From the NCBI RefSeq assembly GCF_009914755.1, contig NC_060929.1: 64,000 nt of DNA; one strand, 5' to 3'. How positions within the stretch are numbered: position 1 is the stretch's first letter; every line of letters begins with the position of its first letter. Source of the stretch: the human T2T-CHM13v2.0 reference genome, Homo sapiens. This document shows positions 16,925 to 33,435 of this stretch, one piece after another. The translations under genes were made by a program, and so were the position numbers. The notes beneath the pieces are model-generated. The model saw nothing but the letters and a program-made list of their open reading frames with translations. It searched no databases and was not told the origin of the DNA.

Positions 16925-17528
16925 TTATGCCACTCCTCTATTAAAGAGCACTTCCAAATATGTATAGCCTTCTTATTCACAATGATGACTGGTGACCCTG
17001 TAAACGCCTAACATACCTCCTGAATCATAGAATAAAAGCAATTATAGCATCAAATACAAATCTGTCTTATTTTATTTTACAGTAAGTTGATAATCATGGC
17101 ATATTTAATTAACTTTTCTGTTTACCATCCTGGTCATATGGTACTACTATTTTTCAACTTTAATAATTATCAAAATATTCAATATGCATGGATTTTAAGT
17201 GGCATGGAGTGGAGGTATTGCTTGAATAATAACCAGTCTCTAATGTCAGATGAAAAAATCAATTCTGTAAAAATTGGGATGAATTTCCTAGCAAGGGTTT
17301 TTACTCCTCTGTGTCCTAAGACAGAAGAGAATGAATTCTGCTGCATATTTTGAGTCTCTGGTTTTAGTCTTCCACAGAACCCAAGATGGAAAAATACACC
17401 TGTTCTCAAATCTTACATCCAAAGCAAATTTTCCAATTTAAATCTAAAGGTAAGTTTGTTTGTTCATTTTTCCAAATGACTAAAGATATTGTTATGTTTT
17501 TGCTAACATATTGAAACATTTTTTCTTA

Positions 17529-17922
<394 letters not shown>

Positions 17923-18984
17923 TACATCTAAGCATCTAGAATTGTAGCACAACGGTTACGACTTGGCTTGTAACTATTAATTCCATTATGCAACAGTTCC
18001 TGGATCATTAATAGGTCTACTTTGAGCAAATTTCTGGTAAAAAAAAAAAATGGCCCCTGTTAATTCTTTTGTGACAGCGCCCTCAACTTTCATTCAAGTC
18101 AGATGCAGACAGCAAAAAAGAAGAAGATGTTAAAAAGTGAAATATTATAAAGTTAATGCTCAGTCAACAATATGCTGTTGCATGTATGCCTGGTGTGGGA
18201 AATTTTATACTATGAGAACTTGGTTTTTTGACTCCTTTAAAAATCTCCTATAAATACACATAAAAGTGAACTCCCTAAAACATACCCTTATTTTCTAAAG
18301 CCTGAGTTTTTCTCCCCCTCCCGTACAAGCAAGGCAGATTATTTGCAGAAACTGACATTAAAAATAGCTCTGGTGATATTGTCTACAAAGCAGAAGATTC
18401 TCTTTTTGTTTCATACTCCCATTAACGAGACAAGGCAAAAAGTGTGTGAATTGAAGAGTGAGAAAACAAACACTCTAAAAGAATAGAATGCAAAACTCCC
18501 CCACTGGCTCATGAAGATGTCAATAAAGCAGACATTTGAGCTAATTTCATAATAATGAAGCTTTGGTAACAGTGATTAAACAAATGTAATTCATTTTCAG
18601 GGGATAGATGGCATAGTCTCCTCTTACGCTCTCAAGAAGAATAGATGTTCTTCTGCCATCTTCACTGGATAAAAGGGACCCCTCAAAAGCCTGAAACAAA
18701 GCAGTGAATCAGGAGCTGGGAATTTCCAAAGAGGAAAGATGTCCCATTGCTTCTCATTCTTAATTTGTCTTTGCAGCGTATGCAAGAAGCTATTCTTAGA
18801 TAAGAAAAAAAAAAAAGAATAATGGCAGCAATTTTGACTTCATGACAAGGGTCTGGTCCCTTCAAATGGCCTCCAGTTTTTTCTAGTATGACACAGGTCA
18901 TTTATATTTTTATAAGAAGAGAAGTCAGCACTTGATTTTACAACTATTGAAGTGGAATAATAGTTAGCAAATGTTGAAACTTTA

Positions 18985-19340
18985 AATGAGACGTAAACCA
19001 TATCAGAAGTGGCGAGGCAGCAAATGTGCGTCTGTGGCCTGCCTCATGAAGCAAGAAGAGGGTCTCATTAAAAATTCGGAAAACACATAAATTATCCCAC
19101 AAGGGTGTAAAACGTATAAGAAAAAATTCATCAACAAACCGGGGGAACTAATGTTATGCAGATTAATTTCAAAGTCCTTCAACATCAAAGAGGTCATAAA
19201 AACGTGTTTAAGAGGTAGAATCCATTATGCCATCTGGAATTCAGATTTCCGGTTGCAAACCAATTGGTATCATGAATTAATCTTCTCGGTAGAAGTAATC
19301 TGGTATGGTCAATAAATCACAAAATATGAGACAGTCGTTA
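18985..19340. promoter_or_regulatory. Candidate conserved developmental enhancer
   Basis: Unique AT-rich sequence with 10 CpGs; ACATCAAAG (19182-19190), GTCATAAAA (19193-19201), ATTTCCGGT (19245-19253), CAATAAATCA (19310-19319). Confidence 0.45.
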
Positions 19341-20760
19341 CATATGTAATATAGATAACAGACCCCCATCCATAATGTTCTGTTATGGTAAACCTAAGTT
19401 ATCTGAAAAGGAATATATATGAAATATAAATTTGTAGACATTTTATCACTGCAATAAACAATGCATATTGCATTTGTTAAATACTATTGATATGTGTAGG
19501 TTAAGCCTATATTCTTAACATTTTTAAGGTTCTTTCCCCTTTTTGAATTGGGATTGAAGAGTGGTGAGACACTGCACTTCACTTGTTTGAAGAGCCAAGA
19601 TGGCCTTATCCACACGTCTAAGAACAGGTGTTCTTTTCTGAGCGCTTACTCTATGCCAGGCAGTAGGCTTAGATGGCAGACTCAGGATTTGAACTGAGCA
19701 GTCTTACTCCATAGCTTATTCACTTAACTAGAATGATTTGATGCTTCCCAAACACACATCTAGAAAGTGTGATTTCAGAACTTTTCTCCCCCAAACCCCC
19801 TAAAACTCATCGGCTCTAGCTGGCAGTGACTGTGAAGTCTTATCCTTATCTGTGCCCTAAGAGACCTCTAGATGCCTGGGGTAAGAAAGGAAGCACAATG
19901 TTGGAGGATGGCTGTGCTGCCCCTCCCCTCTTCCCTCCTCATGGTTCTAGGGTGGGCACTGTGTCTGGAACTCCAGAGAGCAACCATTGCCACGCTCCCA
20001 GTGAGATTCAAACCGACTTCTTCTCATCTGGGCCAACTGAAGAGGGGACCTCATCCCCTTCCACATTTCCTGGCCAGCAAGGATAGAGGCATGTATTTCC
20101 AGAAGGGGCAGGATCTTCCAGTGACCCTCGCTGGGGGGTTCATCCAGCCATAGAGAGCCGGCACAACTTGTCTTTCCTGCCCTCACTTTCCCAAAGCAGC
20201 AATCTCCTCATGACTTCACTCAAGTGGCATTATCTTCTTTCTGAAAGAAATTTGGACATAAAGAAATAAAGCACCTCTCTGAGTTATTGAAGCTGGTTTG
20301 CCAACCTTGTTTATGCCACTGGTTATTTAGTGGCCAGGTTGAATATCACCCATACTCAAAGTTCAAGAGGATGGTTTCAAAAACTAGCTGACATAAACAG
20401 ATGGGAAACTGAGCGTTAGATTGAAGTGGCTACATTGCTCTACACAGTGCTAAAAGAGCTTCCATGTTACTGCTTTGCAGAAGGCATCTTCATATCAAAT
20501 ACCAATTTATTCTCTTTAACCAGAGTAGGTGGCAGCCTAAGTGATTATTACTAATGCCTGAAGTTCCTTAACTGGAAAATGTCTTTCATCCATCAATTAG
20601 AGAAAGGTTTGAAAGGCAATTCCCCTCAGTCAGTGCTACTACCTTGATTTAGCTCTACACTAAGAATAAATTATTAGTAACTCATCATATACTACTGAGA
20701 AAGAAGGGGAGAGGAAAGAGAAATACAGTGCCTGCAGTGGGGAAAGAGAATACTCTATAG

Positions 20761-21147
<387 letters not shown>

Positions 21148-21296
21148 AAAATTACTTTATTATTGAATATAAGCTCAATAAACATTTTCTAAGTAAATTA
21201 AAACTGAATGGAAAATTGAAGATGGGGAGAGGAGAAGGGAAAATGGAAACTAACTCTGTTTACTTCTTGATTTTACAAAAGGCAGCTAAATGGTAC

Positions 21297-23750
<2,454 letters not shown>

Positions 23751-23828
23751 CTTTTTTTTGAAAACATACTTTAGCATAGGCTCTATTAGGAAAAAGAAAT
23801 CCACCTGTCATACAACTTGATTTTCAAT

Positions 23829-24119
23829 TTTTTTTCTGAGATAGGATCTGGTTCTGTCACCCCTGCTGGAGTACAGTGGTGCAATCTCAGCTCACTGCAG
23901 CCTCCACCTCCTGGGCTCAGGTGATCCTCCCACCTCAGCCTCCTGAATAGCTGAGTCTACAGGTGTGCATCACCACATCCATCTAATTTTTGTATTTTTT
24001 GTAGAGATGGGGTTTCACCATGTTGCTCAGGCTGGTCTCGAACTCCTGAGCTGAAGTGATCCACCCCTCTCAGCCTTCCAAAATGCTGGAATTACAGGTG
24101 TGAGTCACTGCACCTGGCC
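23829..24119 (-). mobile_element. AluJ
   Basis: Reverse-complement dimer; TSD tg.ttttcaa. Confidence 0.9.
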
Positions 24120-24428
24120 TTGGATTTTCAAATTTTGATTAAGTTATTGTGGTAGCCAATGTGAGTTGGCTACCCAACAACCATTCTCCTCTTGTCTCTG
24201 CAAGCCAAATCCCAATTTTGTCCAGGTAAGAGGCAACAGTGTGCCTCTCCCAAGTGCTGAGTATTGATTACCTTAACTCCAAACCCATCACGATATCCTC
24301 ATCTACCTTTGACAGTGATTCATTCAGGAGTGGCAGGTGTTCCAGTCCTGGCCATTGACACAAAAGAGAAGTCTTCTGCTAAAACTCTTAGCAGGATAAA
24401 AAGTCCTAGATAAAAAAGGAAGATCCCA

Positions 24429-24563
24429 GGCCAGATGTGGTGGTGCGTACCTGTAACCCTAGTACTTTGGGAGGCTGAGGAGGGAGGACTGCTTGAGGCT
24501 AGGAGTTTGAGGCTACAGTGAGTTCTGATCACACCAGTGCATTCCAGGCTGGATAACAGAGAC
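24429..24563 (+). mobile_element. Alu monomer (FAM/FRAM-like)
   Basis: Single arm ending in the GA-rich tract. Confidence 0.85.
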
Positions 24564-24739
24564 AGAAGAAAGAAAGAAAAGAAAGAGAGGAAGGAAGGAA
24601 GGAAGGAAGGAAGGAGGGAAGGAAGGAAGGGAGGGAGGGAGGGAGAGAGGGAAAGAAAGAAGGAAGGAAGGAAGGAAGGAAGGAAGGAAGGAGGGAAGGA
24701 GGGAGGGAAAGAAAGAAAGAAGGAAGGAAGGAAGGAAGG
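24564..24739. repeat. Pure polypurine tract: (GAAA)n/(GGAA)n/(GGAG)n compound microsatellite
   Basis: 176 nt with only A/G; uninterrupted GGAA runs of 6, 3, 7 and 4. Confidence 0.95.
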
Positions 24740-25290
24740 CAGGCAGGCAAGCTAGCTCTCTCTATTCCCTGATTTTAGACTTCATTTTGGGGGAAGTAAT
24801 GCTTGGGGGTACATGAGTCATGTGATAATCTTGAGGACAGGGAAGCTGCCTCGAGCTGCATCCCTGAAACCACCTGTTACCAAACCTCTTAGAAAACAAG
24901 ATTTTTAAATAAACCTCACTGTTTAAGCCACATTCTGTCAAAGAGGCTGTTTACTGCAGCTGAAAGCCTGCTCATTAATATATTTTCTCTTAAATGGGCT
25001 TATTTGTGAATACTCACAAAATTACATGCTCAGTCCTATATCAAGATTTGTCTTTAGAAGATAAAATTGATCTAGACTTTTTCAGAAGACAGACCTAGCA
25101 CTGAGTCACTTAAAGGTGCAAGAAGAAAGCACTGTGCTCAGTAGGAGAAAGAGGAGAAACAGCCTTCTATATGTAAAGTGGACCAGAGATTGATCAGCCT
25201 TTGTTAGGAAGGCTGATGGGGATCCCCTGTCTAGGAGGCAGGACAAACCTTTGACGGGGCCTGCACTACAGAGTTTGAAATCCTATGTTG

Positions 25291-25605
25291 TTTTTCTTTT
25301 CTTTTTCTTTTTTTTTTTTTTTTTGAAACAGAGTCTCCCTCTGTCACCCAGGCAGGAGTGCAGTGGCATGATCTTGGCTCATGACAACCTCTGCCTCCCA
25401 AGTTCAAGTGATTCTCCTGCCTCAGTTTCCCAGGTAGCTGGGCCTACAAGCGTGCACCACCACACCCGGCTAATTTTTAATTTTTAATGGAGACAGGGTT
25501 TCACCATGTCGGTCAGGCTGGTCTCGAACTCCTGACCTCAAGTGATCTGCCCATCTCGGCCTCCCAAAGTGCTAGGATTACAGGTGTGAGTCACCACGAC
25601 CGGCC
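25291..25605 (-). mobile_element. AluS
   Basis: Reverse-complement dimer with T tail. Confidence 0.92.
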
Positions 25606-26143
25606 TTGTCTAATTCTTCACGAACAATATCCTGGCATCCACCGTTTAAGAGAATTTGGTACGTTATTTGCAAAGTGAATAAGAAAGAAATCATACTAGA
25701 AAAGCAAACATAGTAATTCTGAAAGAAAACTACCATTTTACTTCTTTAAATTGTTTATCTTAATAGTTCAAGAAATGTGTGAAAATACCTACAATTGTTA
25801 ATGCTATAATGAAACTTCTTTATAAACCTGTAGGTGTCAGATTTACACTTGTCTCGTAATTGTTATGTAATTCTTTACAAATATAATTGTTTTAAGTGCC
25901 AAGATTTGACCTAAATAAATGCAAAATTTTGATATGGAATAATAAGGCAACTTCAACTTGTTTTTAGTGATAGAATTAATGCCACAGAGGAAGGTTTAAC
26001 TGTTGCTGTTGTTGTTATTTTATGTTCAAATTTTATAAAGACAGTCGGGCAGTCCACTTCCAGAATAACAATGTGAACATCATGAATGCACTCACCAGTG
26101 CAACCATCAAAATGCATGAAAATTATTTTTTATAAAACAGGCT

Positions 26144-27023
<880 letters not shown>

Positions 27024-28290
27024 TGCCAGACCCTATTTCTAAAGAAATTTGTCTTATATAAAACAAAACTAAAACCCAGTCATTTAAAGTCTTAGGAAAT
27101 TGTCCAAAGGAAATGAAGAACCAAGTATTCAATGTCCTAAATCTGGGTAAGAACAGCAAGAATCAGTGGCACTGAAGTCACTCTCCACTCCCTCTGTCCT
27201 GCTCAGCATGATGGAAGCTGTATTCCAGGTGGGTGTGGCCAAGAAGATGGGGCTCACTCCCAGCTCTCAATCAGTTGCTACAACGTCTCGCTGGGAGGCT
27301 TAAGCCAACAGCATTTCTCATTCTGCCTCCAGGTCTTGTTACAGAGCCTGAATTCCAAGCATGGCTGAGAGTTCCTGAGCTCCTTTTCTCCACCAGGCCA
27401 CACTTCATAGGCAGGGCAGAGGCTCTACCTTAATTGCAGCAGGCTGAGAACATAAGAGTCCCACTCTCCTTCACCCCAATTTGCTCATGGGTCAGAGGTC
27501 CACACCAAAAAGGCAAACTAAGAAGACCAGAGGCTCACACCCCCAACCAGGCCCAGCAGCCCATCCCTAAAGCAGAGGGTCACTCAGAAGCACACCATTG
27601 CCCCTGCCGTCAGCTCTGGAGTCATTGTTCAGAGATTTTGCCAAAGAGGAGAGACAGGCTATAAAACAGAGCTCTGAAGCTTTCCCCAAATAGACTGACT
27701 TTTTAAAAACTAGCCGGTGGGGAAGTTGAAGCCTAAGGATACTCTCAAAAACAACGGAGGTCTTGGTGGTAAGCAATTAAGAGGAGGCTGGTAGCTTCAT
27801 GAGAAAGAAAAGCTACACCAGAACCAGCTAGTTTCCCAGAGAAAATCTGGAAAAGAGACAGTTAATAACAGCACTCCTGGGGGAAGAACAAACTCCAAAG
27901 ACTGGCCTCAAAAACCATCCCTGAAAAGAGATCCACATTTAATTGGATCCAACTGTGGAGCAATTTATGCCCCAAAGCATTGTGAAAACAGAGAGCAATC
28001 AGCCAGCTATTAGTGGAATCTAACAAATGGATGTGATACCAACAGAGAAGACAACTGAGAAATCGGGAGAAATAACAGTCAAAGAGATCCCTGATAAAAC
28101 TACTGTCCAGCCCAGGATGACTACATATATGACCAAGGCTCTGCTCTCTGCCATCAAAAACTTCTCACTGCAGAGAAAGTAGACTTTACTAAAAAAGGTT
28201 CAGCCAAGACATTAAACAAATAAACAAGCAAACAGCAACTATAAGCCTTGAAGTTGGAAGAAGTCAATATCCAGAATTGCTACAAGACAT

Positions 28291-28816
28291 TGTAAGATAC
28301 AATGAATTTCTCTGAGTTTCTCTTCAAAAATTTAGCTTGCTAACTTTCTTGTCTTTTGTTCTCAAACTCAACTTTCCTGTTCCTCCTTGCCCCTAGTTAC
28401 TGTAAACAGCCTACCCACTGCCCATCAGCTCTAATCAATAACTCACACCCGTTTCCTTCGTTACCTGTACCCCTTATTCCCCCAAAACTGCACATCTCAC
28501 ACACTCCACCTCTGTACCTCACATCCCCCTCCCATTCTATAATTAGAAAAATATGTACCAGTAGCCAATCGGGTCAGTTCAGATTGTGTGGTCCGACCCC
28601 AGCCCATGGGGGAGGGACACAGAAGTAGGGATTGCGTTAAGGATATAAAAACCCCCCAGTCTCCTTTGCTCCCTGTGCTCTTATGATCTTGAGTGACACA
28701 AGTGGCACCCTTCTGCAGAAGCATATTGCCTTGCTGAGAGAATTAAACTTTTGCCTGAGTATCGGTTTTACTTCACAGCACCAAGCATTTATTCCTGCAG
28801 CATTTTATATCCAACA
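28291..28816 (+). mobile_element. ERV1 solo LTR, LTR10 (HERV-I) family-like
   Basis: TG...CA ends (tgtaag...ccaaca); CCAAT 28565, TATAAAA 28644, ATTAAA 28742; cacccttctgcagaag...gccttgctgag R/U5 text. Confidence 0.8.
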
Positions 28817-29000
28817 TTAACTAAAAATTTCTAGTTTTCCAAAAGAAATTATGCTATATGTGAAGAAACAGGAAAGTGGGACCCATACACAGGTGGAAAG
28901 GGCAGGCAACAGAAACTGCCTATCAAAAGATTAGATGTCACACATAACAGACAAAGACCTCAAAACTGTCATTACAAATATGCTCAAAGAGCAAAAGGAA

Positions 29001-29365
<365 letters not shown>

Positions 29366-29658
29366 TTAACAATAACAACACAAAGGATGTAGGTGGAAGT
29401 AAAGATAGATTGGTGTAAAGAAATGACAGTATCTTGAACCCACAGAAACAAATGAAAAGAACCAGAACTGGTAAATAAGAAGGTAAATATAACAAACTTT
29501 ATAAATATATGCTTGTTCTTTCTTCTCTCAGTTTCTTTGAAAGACTAATAATTATATAAAGTAACAATTGTAGCACTGTATTGTTGGGTTTTTATATCGA
29601 GTTGTTGGATATTGTTATATATAACAATAATGACCCCAAAACAAGGAAGAGGTAATAG

Positions 29659-29977
<319 letters not shown>

Positions 29978-30602
29978 AGGAGTAATATTTTTATATGTAA
30001 CTGGAATTAAGTTAGCATAAATCTGAAGTTGAGTCTGATAAGATATATATGGTAATGTCTAAAGAAACCAATTTAAAAACTCAAAAAATAGTGAAAAAGT
30101 TATTAAAGGAATTAAAATATACACTTAATGCAAAAAGAAAAAAAAAGACACTTGTCCACCTTCGCTAATACCAGTAGACACTGGACAACCCAGACACTAA
30201 AAAATTGAATAGGAATTAATGAGAAGATGCTTCTGCAAATTTTGGTCCAAGATCTCAATAAACTCAAGGGTATTTTTTACATTACTAAGGAAAGTACACT
30301 TTTTTAAGGGTTTACCCTTAGGAAGAGAACCTACTGCTTATGCACTTCTTTCTTATCCCCAAGCAGATAATATAATTATGTAAATTTCTTACAATGACAC
30401 CATTGACTGATGAGCAATGGAAGGAGAATTCTTGAATAAAAGTAAATAAAAATTTGAGATGGTATGGAGTCTATGGGAGCTCATTCACACAGGATTCAGA
30501 ACTTCTCCCTCTTGGTTCACGTTGCATGTCTGGAAACAAGCTGCCCTTTTCAGGGAAGAGAAATTAACTCCATACACTTTTGATCAGTTCAAAGGCAGAT
30601 TG

Positions 30603-30928
30603 GGCCGGGCGCAGTGGCTCACGCCTGTAATCCCAACACTTTGGGAGGCTGAGGTGGGTGGAACACCTGAGGTCGGGAGTTCAAGACCAGCCTGATCAAC
30701 ATGGAGAAACCCTGTCTCTACTAAAAATACAAAATTAGCTGGGTGTGGTGGTGCTTGCCTGTAGTCCCAGCTACTTGGGAGGCTGAGGCAGGAGAATCAC
30801 TTGAACCCAGGAGGCTGAGGTTGCAGTGAGCCAAGACTGTGCCTAGCCGAGATTGCACCATTGCACTCAGGCCTAGGCAACAAGAGCGAAACACCATCTC
30901 AAAAAAAAAAAAAAAAAAGAAAAAAAAA
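30603..30928 (+). mobile_element. AluSp-like with a small internal duplication
   Basis: catggagaaaccc; TSD aaaggcagattg. Confidence 0.93.
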
Positions 30929-31751
30929 GGCAGATTGTGCCCTGAAACTCTTATTGTTTTAGAGAAAAGGAGGCAAGAGATTCCCTTTTAGAATGTTGAA
31001 TGGCCTTGATGGGCACCCTAACCTCAGCAGAGCTTTGACAGTTGGATGGAAATTACCACATTTCTTCCAGATTAGACACAACCAAAATCCCTTCTCAGAG
31101 TCATTGGTAAGGAATTTGCTTAATAACTGAACCTGTGGTCTCTGGGCTGCCTGCCAACGGCAGGACAAAATAAAGACAAGGATGCAGACACAGGCAGGCA
31201 TAAGAGAAGATACTGTGTCCCTGACTTTATTGTTCTGCCTTTTTTTTCTTCATCTCTTCCTATTCTCCTTTCTTGTCTATTTATAGCAAACAAAATTATC
31301 CCTTAAATCTGAGTGCAACACACATGAATGCATGGCTTAAGCAGATATTATGCAAATGATTATAGAATAATAAAATCAGATGTCCAAAGCAAAGTATTTC
31401 CATTACCATCAACCCATGGCAAGGTTCCCTATTCTATTCTTAAGCAGCTTCAAATCTACTTGTGATCTTTTATCACAATTTCATTTTCATAACAACTTTC
31501 CTAGTTTATAGAATGTTTACCATCTATATGTTTCCTATACAGAAGAAAACAAAGTCTCCCACTGTATCTATTTCTATAGCAAGATTTTGTAGGAAATGTT
31601 GCCTATCAAGGAATATCCTTTCAATTTTCACCCACATGGAAAATCAAACTGCTCTTCAGACCTACTAAAACTCGCTTTACAATTTCCAGTCTATTTCAAG
31701 CTTCATTTGAAAAAGTGACTTTTTTTAGAGACCAGAAAAAACCTAATTCTG

Positions 31752-32064
31752 CTTTTCTTTTTCTTCTTTTTTTTGGGGGGAGGGTACAGAGTCTCACTCT
31801 GTTGCCCCAGCTGGAGTGCAATGGCCCAATCTAAGCTCACTGCAGCCTCTGCCTCCCAGGTTCAAGAGATTCTCCTGCCTCAACCACCCAAATAGCTGGG
31901 ACTACAGGGACGCACCGCCATGCCTGGCTAATTTTTGTATTTTTAGTAGAGACGGGGTTTCACCATGTGGGTCAGGCTGGTCTTGAGCTCCTGACCTCAG
32001 GTGATCCACCTGCCTCAGTCTCTTAAAGTGCTGGGATTACAGGTGTGAGCCTCTGCACCCAGCC
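31752..32064 (-). mobile_element. AluS
   Basis: Reverse-complement dimer. Confidence 0.92.
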
Positions 32065-32159
32065 AAAACCAAAGAAAACCTGACTCTGATTTTCTAATAA
32101 AAGTACCATGAATAATAAAATCTGGGCATATTCAGGAAGCATTTGAAAGTTTTGACTGT

Positions 32160-33030
32160 AGAAACTATTGATCAATCTTCACATATCTTCACATTACCAC
32201 TCAATTGTCTCTAGTTCTCTAGTTTCATCAGTTTTTTTTATTTCCACTGAAATTCCCACTGTTTCTTATTTTTCTGTGGAAGATTAAATCTACAAATGGA
32301 GATAAACATTGTTATTTATCTAGTTGGTGCTTATTGTACTTTCTGTATCTGGGGAACCATGTATCTCACCAATTCTAGTAAATTCTCCAATTGTCATTTA
32401 TTTCTTTATATGTTTCATATATTTCCTTCTCTCCATTCACTCCTTCAGGAAATATGTGAAACCGACTCAGTTTATCCACCATATCTCTTTTTGTTTTGCT
32501 GTGCATAAAAACACAATTCTTTATTTGAGTGAGTATATTTACTAAACTATTTTAACATAGTTCATGAATTAACATAGTTTAGAAATGATCGATTGCAAAT
32601 TAAGGACCTTGCTGACCATACTTACTTCTTATGCTTTATCATTTCCTAATTTTTAAGTAAACTTTACTGTGCTACAATGTACACAACAAAATTCACAAAT
32701 TTTAAGAGGAAGTGGATAAATTCCGTCAAATATCCATGTAACCAATGCCCCATTTAAAACATAGAATATCTCCTTAGATAGTTTCCTGTGCACATTTTCA
32801 GTCAATCAACACCCCACCACCACACCCTAGTCAACCCCGATCTGATTTCTAAGAACTTCATCCTATAAACAGAAACATACAGGCTTTCCTCTTTCGCCTC
32901 CAGTTTCTCTTACTCACGATAACGTGGGGGAACATTCATCCACGTTGTTGCACGAGTCAGTAGTTTGTTCCTTTTTATGGCCATAAATTGGTATTCCATT
33001 GTATGAATACACCACAATTTGTTTATCCAC
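32160..33030 (-). mobile_element. Old L1M/L1ME fragments
   Basis: cattcatccacgttgttgc...gtattccattgtatgaatacaccacaatttgtttatcca (L1 3' region, reverse complement). Confidence 0.65.
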
Positions 33031-33435
33031 ATGCATTCTACGTATTATTCCATACATATAAGCAATCTAAATTGTTACATTATAAAATTGCATATGTTCA
33101 ATATAAGATGATATACAAAAAACCTTGGTAGCTTCTAAGTGGCTTCTCTTGCTCAAGTCTTCAATACATCCTTACTGCCAAGATCAACCTTCCCTTCACC
33201 TGAAAATCTTCTATTACGTTTTGCTCTCATCCCCTGCAGGAAGCAATCCCTCTTGCTTCCCAGTTTTTACTTCACACGATACACCACTTTCTATTTTGTG
33301 TTATGGTTACTTATATACATATCTAATATCAACTGCTAGACGCTAAGCTGCTTGAAGTCAGGATCCAAGTGAATTTTAGCTTTGCTGATCCACAGCACTT
33401 AGCAAACGGCTGGCTTGTGGGAAGGGCTCAATGCA
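33030..33435 (+). mobile_element. L2 3' fragment
   Basis: actgctagacgctaagctgcttgaagtcaggatc...cacagcacttagca...gggctcaat. Confidence 0.6.

Larger units (their letters stand above)
24148..24975 (+). mobile_element. Old MLT1 LTR split by an Alu monomer and a purine tract
   Basis: tgtggtagcc...cccaacaaccattctcc; 3' aaataaacctcactgtttaagccac...ttactgcagctgaaagc. Confidence 0.55.

Noticed and set aside
19003-19410. Possible minus-strand coding exon (acceptor-like ccttttcag near 19403-19411; 64-aa ORF)
   Set aside because: No long open frame or recognisable protein; the motif content fits a regulatory element better, though a non-coding exon is not excluded
24529-24755. Low-complexity ORFs (KEGRKEGR / PSFLPSFL)
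   Set aside because: Translation of the GGAA microsatellite
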